From the NCBI GenBank assembly GCA_050287085.1, contig JBNKBE010000001.1, positions 418,493 through 482,492 on the forward strand: a stretch of 64,000 nucleotides of DNA. Direction: 5' to 3'. Both the position numbers and the translations under genes were made by a program. The notes under the pieces are model-generated. The model was given only the letters and a program-made list of their open reading frames with translations, did no database searches and was not told the origin of the DNA. This DNA comes from Polyangiaceae bacterium (GTDB lineage Bacteria; Myxococcota_A; Polyangia; Polyangiales; Polyangiaceae). Within the stretch, counting starts at the first letter, position 1, and every line of letters starts with the position of its first letter. Positions 38,023 to 46,509 of the stretch are shown here, in pieces.

Positions 38023-38752
38023 TGCTCACGTCCGCGTAGAGGGGAAGGTGGTCGGAAGCGGCCCGAGCCCCTCCCGTACGCCCAAGGTCTGCGTACGTCA
38101 GGTGCAGATCCCCCCGGTAGAAAATGCCATCCAGCGGGCGAAGGGGCATCGCCGCCGGAAAGGTTGCTCGCAGCCCCCCCGCGCGAGCGAACCCCAGCGG
38201 CTCAAAGAAGCGGGGCCCCAATGTTCCCCATAGGTCGTTCAAGTCCCCCCCTACGACCAAGGGCGTCTGATGATGCACCCCGCCAAAGGGCTTGCTCTCA
38301 AAGAAGCGCTGCAGCTGAAGCGCTCGCTCGCTGCCTGCTAGCCCCAGATGCATGTTGGCCAAAAGCAACGAACGATGGTGTGTCCCGATCGTCACATGAG
38401 CCCGCGCCAACACCACCCCACGCTGCTTACGCCACCCCACCTTCAAGTCCACGCGCTGAACGTCGGTGAGCGGCCAGCGCGACAGGATCAGATTGCCATA
38501 GCCACCCCGGCGAAACTGGTGTTCCGGATGAAACGCCGCATGAAAGCCCGAGTGCTCGCTCAAGCGCTGCACCTGATCTTCGCCGTTCAATGCGGGCATG
38601 CCCTGAGCCACCTCCTGAAGCAGCATCACGTCAGGGGCGTAGTGGGCAATGACCTCGAGGACGCGCCCCAGGTCGTATCGTCGATCGACTCCACCCACCC
38701 CCTTGTGAATGTTCCACGACAAGATGCGAATGTTTCTGGAATCGGAAACCAC
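37940..38752 (-). CDS. endonuclease/exonuclease/phosphatase family protein (YbhP-like)
   Basis: SWNIHKG, LLQEV, YGNLILSR, MHLGL, GGDLND, LDGIF, ASDHLP. Confidence 0.9.
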   Translation of the reverse strand: MVSDSRNIRILSWNIHKGVGGVDRRYDLGRVLEVIAHYAPDVMLLQEVAQGMPALNGEDQVQRLSEHSGFHAAFHPEHQFRRGGYGNLILSRWPLTDVQRVDLKVGWRKQRGVVLARAHVTIGTHHRSLLLANMHLGLAGSERALQLQRFFESKPFGGVHHQTPLVVGGDLNDLWGTLGPRFFEPLGFARAGGLRATFPAAMPLRPLDGIFYRGDLHLTYADLGRTGGARAASDHLPLYADVSITTTAETRRESSPASVRARSDGETTRG

Positions 38753-38939
38753 TAGCTCCAGGCTCCTAGCACACCAGCGCCTTCCTTCTAGCCTGTACCA
38801 AAGTCGCGTCACACGCCCGGCCGAAAAGGCCTGTGCTGTGCCCTTGGAGCTGCCCGTCGGCGCGCAAGCGGCCAAGCCGGCCCCGGACGATACACTCTAG
38901 CTCAGGTGTCCCAGTTCAAAAGAACGCGGGGCCCCACTT

Positions 38940-39851
38940 TTGCCTGCGGCGTCTAATCAACCGGCTGCGGTGACCGTTTTTACGTTCGAAATGGCGGACG
39001 TGCCCGCAGCAACAGACATTGGCCCCAAGTCAACGCAACCAGACATCGCGCGAATGTTGCGTCAGCATATGGCGTCGCCCGACTTTCAGCCTGCCATCCT
39101 GCCGCAAACCGCCATCGAATTGATGGACCTAGCTCGCGACAAAGACGTCGGAATGGCTCGCATCGTCGAGGTGATCGAGCGCGAACCCGTGATCGCGGCC
39201 GAAGTGCTGAGTACGGCTCGCTCAGCGCTCTACTCGCGAGGCAACCCCATCGAGTCACTGGAGCAAGCGGCGGTGCGTCTCGGAATCGCTGGGGTGAGTG
39301 GACTCTTCATGGCCGCCGCGTTGCGCAAGACGGCTCTCAACTGCAAGCTCTTCGCTCGCTCGATGGAGCAGCTACGTCGACATATGGTCGCTACCGCACA
39401 CATCGCCCGAGGGGTGTGCACGATGATCAAGAAACCGGGCGACCGCGCCTTCGTATGCGGCCTGCTACACGACATCGGCATAGCGGGTGCTCTGACGGCC
39501 ATTGCGGAGCTGCCCCAGAAGCATCGTCCCAAAAATCTGGATGCGATCCGCGGAGCAGCGCTGGATGTGCATCAAGAGGCCTCGGCCCTCATGGGTGTAC
39601 GCTGGCATCTGCCCTGGGGCACCCAATGGATTATCGGTCATCACCACGACTTCATGGTCGACGGCCGCGTGAGTCCCTTGGCGGCCCTCACCTTGCTCTC
39701 CTGTCACCTCGCTGGTGCCAGCGGCGCCCCCGCCCTTGATGAGCAGGACGATGAGCCAGCGCGCCATGCGCTCGACTACTTCGAGATTGAGGGCAACGCT
39801 GAAAGCCGGCTCCGCGAACGCTGCCAACGCGTCGTCGACCTGATCGAATAG
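38940..39851 (+). CDS. HDOD domain protein
   Basis: ILPQTA, IEREPVIAAEVL..ARSALY, SLEQAAVRLG, CGLLHDIG, HH; alternative start 38991. Confidence 0.9.
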   Translation: MPAASNQPAAVTVFTFEMADVPAATDIGPKSTQPDIARMLRQHMASPDFQPAILPQTAIELMDLARDKDVGMARIVEVIEREPVIAAEVLSTARSALYSRGNPIESLEQAAVRLGIAGVSGLFMAAALRKTALNCKLFARSMEQLRRHMVATAHIARGVCTMIKKPGDRAFVCGLLHDIGIAGALTAIAELPQKHRPKNLDAIRGAALDVHQEASALMGVRWHLPWGTQWIIGHHHDFMVDGRVSPLAALTLLSCHLAGASGAPALDEQDDEPARHALDYFEIEGNAESRLRERCQRVVDLIE

Positions 39852-39926
39852 CCCCCTTGCGCCGCGCTCCGAGAGCACTGCAAAAAAGTTGCGCGCCCCT
39901 AGGCTCCGGTCATCCCCCGTTCCGTG

Positions 39927-39945
39927 TGCGACAAGTTATGTCGCA
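39927..39945. promoter_or_regulatory. perfect 7-5-7 palindrome TGCGACA-N5-TGTCGCA
   Basis: TGCGACAAGTTATGTCGCA ends 22 nt upstream of ATG 39968. Confidence 0.5.
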
Positions 39946-39967
39946 GGGGGTCGCTAGGGTGTAGACC

Positions 39968-40420
39968 ATGAAGACAAGCACCTCTCGTCAAGCCCTTCCC
40001 CTGGACGCCCGACAACAGCTGCGCGCCAAAACCGAGCTGGCACTCGGCTACCTGCTGCAAACAGCCGGAGCTCGCAGTCGCCGAGCGGTCATTCGCCAGC
40101 TCGAGCTACTCATTCACCTTTCACAGGCGACGGTGGCGCTCGAGTTTGGACGCGTCAGTCGAGACAGCCTCCCCGCCCAGAAGCGCGCCCTATGCCTGGC
40201 TCCAGTGCGCGCCCTGGAGCCCGCCACCGACATGGACGCGGTCAAACGCTACGTCCACGCATGTCTCCTAGGCGCTGATGTGAAAACGTTGGCTGAGCTC
40301 GTACAGGCGACGCGCAGCGTCGAACTCATCGCTCGTTTTGAGCGCATCGCGCGTCGCAGTGGACGCCCCGAACCACAGCGCAAGAGCCTTGGCAACTTGG
40401 AACTCCCTTTTGCCGCCTAG
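39968..40420 (+). CDS. hypothetical helical protein
   Basis: 150-aa ORF filling the gap; stop overlaps that of the convergent ABC gene; no motif recognised. Confidence 0.55.
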   Translation: MKTSTSRQALPLDARQQLRAKTELALGYLLQTAGARSRRAVIRQLELLIHLSQATVALEFGRVSRDSLPAQKRALCLAPVRALEPATDMDAVKRYVHACLLGADVKTLAELVQATRSVELIARFERIARRSGRPEPQRKSLGNLELPFAA

Positions 40421-42210
40421 AAGGGCATACCTGAGCCGACTACCGGCGCGGGGACTTCGCTCGAAACGAACTGATGCTCTATCAGACGACGATAGAGACC
40501 CGTTGTTTGCTGCATCAAAGCGCGGTGCGAGCCGGCCTGAACAACCTGTCCGTGTTCAATGACAACCACGCGATCTGCACCCATCACAGTGGACAATCGG
40601 TGCGCAATGATGAGCGTGGTACGACCACGAGCCAGACGCGTCAGAGCTTCTTGCACCAGATGCTCACTCTGGGCATCTAGTGCGCTGGTAGCCTCGTCCA
40701 ACACCAAAACCCGAGGGTCTTGTAGAACCGCTCGGGCGATCGCGACACGCTGCTTCTGACCGCCAGACAGCTGAACGCCGCGCTCCCCTACCTGCGTCCG
40801 ATAGCCATCCGGAAAGCGCGTGATGAACTCGTGGGCATTGGCTGCTCTCGCTGCTTGTTCGATCGCCTCCTGCCCGGGCACTTCGACACGCGCGCCGTAG
40901 GTGATGTTGTCGCCGATCGTCGTGGAGAAGAGCAAAGGCTCTTGAGCCACAGTTGCAACTTGAGCACGTAGCCAAGTTGGATCCAGCGTCCGCAAATCGT
41001 GACCGTCGAGCGTGACCCGCCCCGCCAACGGATCGTAGAGCCGAGGAATCAGACTTGCGATTGTTGACTTTCCCCCCCCCGAAGGCCCCACTAGAGCGAC
41101 CACCTCGCCCGCGGCAACCGTCAGATCGATCCCGCGCAAGACCTCCGCATCTGGACGCGAGTCGTAGGCAAAGCGGACCCCCTCGAAGCGAAGCTCCCCA
41201 GGGACCGCGGGCAGAGTAGCTCCCCCCACAAGGGGCATTGACGGAACCCGATCCAGCAGCTCGAAGATGCGCTCGCCAGCGCCCAGCGCCCGCATGAAAT
41301 CCGCCCACAACCCAGCCAATGTGGCCAGCGATAGCGCAACGCCCGTGGTGTAGAGAAGGAAGGCCGTAAGCTCGCCTACGGTCATCAGACCGTCCACAAC
41401 GTAGCGCCCACCCAACCACAGGACCAATACCAGCGCCACCGATCCCGTGGTCATCACGGTACCTTGAAAGACCGCCGAGATTCGGATGCGCGCGCGCCCC
41501 AATTCAAAAGCGTGCTGAACGGCACGCTCGTAGCGCTTCGCCTCGCGCTCCTCGCCCGCAAATTGCCGAACCGTACGCACGCCGCCCAGCGTTTCTTCAG
41601 CAACATGCGTGGCCTCCGCCAAGGCGTCGCTCACGCGACGTGCGTAGCGACGCACCCAACGTCCAACGACCACAGCGGACACAGCAATGGGAGGCACGAT
41701 GACCAGCATGATGAGAGTCAGCCGCGCCGACGTGTAGAGCAACAACGCCAGCCCGCCAACCGCACCCGCTGCGCTGCGCAGCACCATCGAAACATTGATG
41801 CTCAACGCGCTCTGCAGGGTTTGGGTGTCAGCGGCAAGTCGACTCATCAACTCACCCGTCCTCCGCCCGTCGAAGAAGGCGATCTCTTGAGCGATAATGC
41901 TGCGATAGAGTTGGCCTCGCAACCGAGTCACAATGCGCTCACCCGCAAGCGTGAATAGATAGTAGCGAAACCCCGTGGCCACTCCTTGAACCACGAAGAC
42001 GAGCGCAGTCCAGGTGGCGGCCCTATCGATCAACTCCCGGCCGCCCCCGTGAGCTATCTCGTCCATGAAGATGCGGATCGCCTGAGGGTAAACCAAAGAC
42101 CCCCCGCTGGCTAAAGCCAAACAGGCCGTCCCGAGGGCAAGCAGTCGCCACTCTCCCATCGCTAGCGCACGCATGCGCCGCAAGCGGGACTTGGCGGCGT
42201 CGTCACTCAC
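40417..42210 (-). CDS. ABC exporter, fused permease + ATPase (MsbA/ABCB-like)
   Basis: TM domain, GPSGGGKST, QEPLLF, LSGGQKQR, LVLDEATSALD, IAHRLST. Confidence 0.95.
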   Translation of the reverse strand: MSDDAAKSRLRRMRALAMGEWRLLALGTACLALASGGSLVYPQAIRIFMDEIAHGGGRELIDRAATWTALVFVVQGVATGFRYYLFTLAGERIVTRLRGQLYRSIIAQEIAFFDGRRTGELMSRLAADTQTLQSALSINVSMVLRSAAGAVGGLALLLYTSARLTLIMLVIVPPIAVSAVVVGRWVRRYARRVSDALAEATHVAEETLGGVRTVRQFAGEEREAKRYERAVQHAFELGRARIRISAVFQGTVMTTGSVALVLVLWLGGRYVVDGLMTVGELTAFLLYTTGVALSLATLAGLWADFMRALGAGERIFELLDRVPSMPLVGGATLPAVPGELRFEGVRFAYDSRPDAEVLRGIDLTVAAGEVVALVGPSGGGKSTIASLIPRLYDPLAGRVTLDGHDLRTLDPTWLRAQVATVAQEPLLFSTTIGDNITYGARVEVPGQEAIEQAARAANAHEFITRFPDGYRTQVGERGVQLSGGQKQRVAIARAVLQDPRVLVLDEATSALDAQSEHLVQEALTRLARGRTTLIIAHRLSTVMGADRVVVIEHGQVVQAGSHRALMQQTTGLYRRLIEHQFVSSEVPAPVVGSGMPF

Positions 42211-42647
42211 GAAGCAATCAACTCCGGCGCGGCTTTGGCCGACGCTACAAAGCGCTCAACTTGGGTTCCAATGTTGTCGGGCCAAGAGCGCATGACGGCA
42301 GCCAGCCCGGCCGCCGAGGCCCCCGCACGCTGGGACTCCAGCCAGCTCCAGTGTCGAGGCAGCAGTGAGACTTCGCGACTGAGCGCTCCAAGTTTGGGCC
42401 GCCCACGCCCCCTCGGTGTCGCGTCCACGCCCGCTCCGGAAGCCGAGTAGCGCATGGCCACGTCAGTCTCCGTGCCACGGACGCCCAAGTCCTGGGGGCG
42501 TCCGGTCACCTCCGAATAGCACACGATGCGTCGCGACTCAGCGGTCCCCGAAATGCGGTGTGCCACACGGGCCACATGCTCCAAAGACCCAGACGCAAAG
42601 CGTCGGGCACCGACAAATAGCACGTAGCATGGCAGCGGACCGACCAT
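42207..42647 (-). pseudogene. DUF2239 family gene, apparently with an internal in-frame deletion
   Basis: RGRGRPKLG..REVSLLPRHWSWL..Q.AGASA motif joins directly to the terminal SWP..I helix; 146 aa, shorter than I recall for this family. Confidence 0.6.
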
Positions 42648-42719
42648 CGACCGGCGTTATCGAGCCGAGACCGGGCCGGCGCAAGCCTTTTTGCCGGAAG
42701 GAGATGTCCAGCTCAGGCC

Positions 42720-43601
42720 CTAGGCCAGAACCCGGAGGCGTCGAGGCGCAGGTGCAGGCGCAGCGTCAGCCCATTGTCGGTTCTGCCCCGGGGTCGCGGC
42801 TCGCAGATCAAAACCCTCGACCCCAAAGCGCTCTGCGAGCTCCAACACAAACTCCCTGAGCGCTTTGCGCCAAGCCCCATCCCTCAAGTAGATTCGAATG
42901 CGGTCGACGACCGCCTCGAAGGGCAAAGCCTGCGCCGCGGCGCGATGGTTCAGACGAACGACATGGTAGCCGTGCTTCGTCTTGATGACCCGAGGCGCTA
43001 TTTCACCCGGCTCGAGCTCGCGCAATGCGGCTTCGAATTCAGGCGCCGTTTCGCCAACGGATACCTGCCCCAAACGACCTCCCTGTGCGGCCGAAGGACA
43101 GATGGAGTGTCGCTCCGCCAAACGCTCGAAGCGATGCGGCTCTGACGTGGCACGCTCCAACAACTGCTGCGCAAGCACCTCCCCTGAAGCCACCTCGCCC
43201 TCGGCGGACCCAGACTCCGCTGGCGGAACGAGGATATGCGATGCATCGTAGAGCTCGGGTCCCAAGAAACGCTGACGGTGCTCATGGTAGAAGTCGCGTG
43301 CCTGAGCCATCGTCACCGCTGGCACCGGCACATGGCTCTGCATGACGCTCTCGATGGCTGCCTGCTCTTGGCGTTCGTCCCCGCGCTGGTCGAGCAGGCC
43401 ACGCGATAGAGCCCATTGCAGCATCAATTCCCTGACAATGAGCGCTCGAGTCGCTTCCTCAGCCGCGGCCGCGAACGACGGAGCCGGATGATACTGAACC
43501 TCCGCGCCCACTTGGTGCGAATCGATCTCGACTCCCCCGACGCGCGCCACCACCTGACGTGTTGGCTTTGGCTCCATCTCGCTGGCGACATCTATCGACA
43601 T
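42720..43601 (-). CDS. PpiC/parvulin-type peptidyl-prolyl isomerase (NifM-like, nar-associated)
   Basis: EVQYHPA, ASHILV, AERHSICPSAAQGGRLGQV, PEFE, TKHGYHVV; starts 2 nt after narI. Confidence 0.9.
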   Translation of the reverse strand: MSIDVASEMEPKPTRQVVARVGGVEIDSHQVGAEVQYHPAPSFAAAAEEATRALIVRELMLQWALSRGLLDQRGDERQEQAAIESVMQSHVPVPAVTMAQARDFYHEHRQRFLGPELYDASHILVPPAESGSAEGEVASGEVLAQQLLERATSEPHRFERLAERHSICPSAAQGGRLGQVSVGETAPEFEAALRELEPGEIAPRVIKTKHGYHVVRLNHRAAAQALPFEAVVDRIRIYLRDGAWRKALREFVLELAERFGVEGFDLRAATPGQNRQWADAAPAPAPRRLRVLA

Positions 43602-43603
43602 GT

Positions 43604-44296
43604 TCACACCCTCCTGGCACGCACGATTTGCGTATAGGTTCGCGTTAGATATCCGAGCGGCGCACTGCAAACATGCACCAAGCGGGTAAACGGAAAGACC
43701 AGAAAGACCCCAAGACCAAGAAGAATGTGCAGTCGGAACACCCAAGGGACGCCTTGCAGGTGGGCTGCCGGATCATCCCCAAAGAAGACAATTCCCTGGG
43801 CCCAACTGCTGAGATGGTGCAGCCAGATCCCGCTGTCGCGCGTCTGATAGGACTCCGGCAGAGTGAACATTCCGACCAACAATGCGGACAGCAACAACAA
43901 GGCAATCAGGTTGTCGGACGCGCCGCTGGTGCGACGCACTCGCACGTCTGTAAAGCGGCGCCAGCAAAGGAGCCCCAGGCCAACCAACGTTGCCCCTCCC
44001 GTAAGACTGCCCATGACAAGCTCCATCATCTGATGAGCTGCGTCCGGCACCCTTAGGAAGTGCCATATCGCAGGCGGCACCAACAAGCCCGCGACGTGCC
44101 CACCCACGAGCCCTAACACGCCCAGGTGAAATAGGTTGCTGGCCAACTGAAAGCGAGGCCCCGAGCGGAGCATCTGCGACGAGCTCGCCTGCCAGCTGTA
44201 TTGCTCTCGCTCAAAACGATAGATCGTTCCCACCACGAGCACCGTGAGCGCTACGTAGGGAAAGTAATTAAACAACACTCTTTCGAGTAATGGCAC
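43604..44296 (-). CDS. narI: respiratory nitrate reductase gamma subunit
   Basis: YFPYVAL, YSWQASSSQML, SNLFHLG..GH, FRLH..LG, FPFTRLVH. Confidence 0.96.
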   Translation of the reverse strand: MPLLERVLFNYFPYVALTVLVVGTIYRFEREQYSWQASSSQMLRSGPRFQLASNLFHLGVLGLVGGHVAGLLVPPAIWHFLRVPDAAHQMMELVMGSLTGGATLVGLGLLCWRRFTDVRVRRTSGASDNLIALLLLSALLVGMFTLPESYQTRDSGIWLHHLSSWAQGIVFFGDDPAAHLQGVPWVFRLHILLGLGVFLVFPFTRLVHVCSAPLGYLTRTYTQIVRARRV

Positions 44297-44335
44297 AGTC
44301 GACTCCTATAGACCCCTAGAATTGGGGCTCATCCT

Positions 44336-45016
44336 CTAGCCAATGACATCACCGCGTTCGGAACGTCGGAGGTGAACCGACGTGTCTGCCATGACGGAAT
44401 CGTGAGCTGCGGCGACGCCGAACGTAACCGGCGACTCCTGCCACAGGGCGTCCAACTCCGCGGCCGTCTGAGGTGGTGGCGGCTGACCTCCTGCCAAGAC
44501 CACTTCCTTGCCGTAGAGTCGCGCCAGGGGAACAAGAACGGCGGCGTACGCGCTCTCTAATTCACTCAGACGCTCTCCCAAGAGGGCCAGTATCGGGGCC
44601 GCATCACGCAGCAAGGGCGCTCCAACTTCGGGAGCAACAGCCGACAGTTCCAAGAGTGCCGGCAGGTAGTCCGGCAGCTCTCGCGTGGAAAGCCGAAAAC
44701 CGGCGCTCTGATAGGCACGGGACAGCTCCACCATGGCTTGGCCCCGCTCTTTGCCCTCACCATGCACGTGCTCAAATAGATGCAGTGACAGCCGTCGGTT
44801 TCGGTCGAAGATGTCCACATACCGTGCTTGGAGCCGAACCTCCGGCTCATCGCGCAGATATTCGAGCAGCCGGAGCAACGCCGCCACCTCCTCTGAGCGT
44901 AGACAATCGATCGCAGCCAGCACGTCTTCGCCCTCCGAGAGAGCCTCCCGCAGCTCGGTCGTCGGATATGCCATCAATGCCGCTGAGAGTTGTGAGAAGG
45001 TAGCCAAGGGATTCAT
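44336..45016 (-). CDS. narJ: nitrate reductase assembly chaperone
   Basis: YVDIFDR..SLHLFEHVHGEGKERGQAMVEL, ELPDYLP. Confidence 0.95.
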   Translation of the reverse strand: MNPLATFSQLSAALMAYPTTELREALSEGEDVLAAIDCLRSEEVAALLRLLEYLRDEPEVRLQARYVDIFDRNRRLSLHLFEHVHGEGKERGQAMVELSRAYQSAGFRLSTRELPDYLPALLELSAVAPEVGAPLLRDAAPILALLGERLSELESAYAAVLVPLARLYGKEVVLAGGQPPPPQTAAELDALWQESPVTFGVAAAHDSVMADTSVHLRRSERGDVIG

Positions 45017-46509
45017 CGCGACACCGAAAAGAGATTGTTCGATGGCCGAGGATCCCCGTCACAGCCGTTGCCAAAGCTGATGCCACAACCGCCCTGCAAT
45101 GCGGCCACATCCTCGCTCTCCTCGCGGTGCGAGGTGGGGATCACATACCGGTCTTCGTAGTCAGCGATCGCCATATAGCGATACATCTCCTCGACCTCGC
45201 CCACGGTTAGGTCAGCCTCTGCAAGAACGTCTTCGGCATGGCGCCCTTCAACATGTCTCTCGCGCATGAAGATACGCATCGCAAACATCCGTTTCAGCCC
45301 ACGTTTGATGGGCTCGACGTCTCCGGCAGTCAGCATATTGGCCAAGTACTGCACGGGGATCTGCAAGGCATCGAGATCGGGCAACGAGCTCCCAAAGCCT
45401 ACTTGATGCTTCGTCAGCGCGTTCTGAATCGGCGATAGCGGCGGAACGTACCAGACCATCGGCAGCGTTCTGAACTCAGGATGCAGCGGGAATGCGACCT
45501 GCCACTGCTTGGCCATCTTGTACACGGGGCTCTTCCGAGCCGCCTCCAGCCACTTTTCGTGAACTCCATCGAGACGCGCTTGAGCTGCCACAGCTGGATC
45601 GGCTGGGTCCAAGATAACATCCAGGTGAGCCTGATACAGATCCGTGTCCAATTCCGTCGCGGCAGCGTCCTGAATCTTGTCCGCGTCGTACAACATGACG
45701 CCGAGATAGCGAATGCGCCCCACACACGTCTCCGAACAGATCGTCGGCTTGCCTGTCTCGAGCCGCGGATAGCATAGGATACACTTCTCCGACTTGCCGC
45801 TCTTCCAGTTGTAGTAGATCTTCTTGTAGGGACAGCCGCTTACGCACATGCGCCAGCCACGGCATTTGTCCTGATCTATGAGAACCACGCCATCTTCTTC
45901 GCGCTTGTAGATAGACCCCGACGGACATGCCGCCACACAGGTCGGATTGAGGCAATGTTCACACAGACGTGGCAAGTACATCATGAAGCTCTTTTCGAAC
46001 TCACCGTAGATGTCCTTCTCCATGCCCTCGAAGTTCGCGTCCTGCGAGCGTCGAGCGAACTCACCCCCCAGGTCGTCTTCCCAATTGGGGCCCCAATCTA
46101 TCTGCGCCATACGCTCCCCCGTGAGGAGCGACACGGGAGCCGCCTGAGGCACGACCTCCGTTTCCCCAGCACTCTGAAGGTGTGCGTAGTCGTATGTAAA
46201 GGGCTCGTAGTACTCGTCAATGTCGGGCATCTCGGGATTGGCAAACAGCTTGCTCAAAACGCGAAAGCGCCCACCAATCCGCGGTCTAATCTGTCCGCCG
46301 GCGTCACGCACCCACCCCCCACGCCACTTTCGTTGGTTCTCCCAATCCTTCGGATAGCCAATGCCGGGCTTGGTCTCGACGTTGTTGAACCAGGTGTACT
46401 CCACGCCTTCGCGGTTGGTCCAAACGTTCTTGCAAGTCACGGAGCACGTATGACATCCGATGCACTTGTCCAGGTTCAGAACCATCATTATCTGGGCACG
46501 AACCTTCAT
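45013..46509 (-). CDS. narH: respiratory nitrate reductase beta subunit
   Basis: LDKCIGCHTCSVTCK, CEHCLNPTCVAACPSG, CRGWRMCVSGCPY, KCILCYPR. Confidence 0.98.
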   Translation of the reverse strand: MKVRAQIMMVLNLDKCIGCHTCSVTCKNVWTNREGVEYTWFNNVETKPGIGYPKDWENQRKWRGGWVRDAGGQIRPRIGGRFRVLSKLFANPEMPDIDEYYEPFTYDYAHLQSAGETEVVPQAAPVSLLTGERMAQIDWGPNWEDDLGGEFARRSQDANFEGMEKDIYGEFEKSFMMYLPRLCEHCLNPTCVAACPSGSIYKREEDGVVLIDQDKCRGWRMCVSGCPYKKIYYNWKSGKSEKCILCYPRLETGKPTICSETCVGRIRYLGVMLYDADKIQDAAATELDTDLYQAHLDVILDPADPAVAAQARLDGVHEKWLEAARKSPVYKMAKQWQVAFPLHPEFRTLPMVWYVPPLSPIQNALTKHQVGFGSSLPDLDALQIPVQYLANMLTAGDVEPIKRGLKRMFAMRIFMRERHVEGRHAEDVLAEADLTVGEVEEMYRYMAIADYEDRYVIPTSHREESEDVAALQGGCGISFGNGCDGDPRPSNNLFSVSR

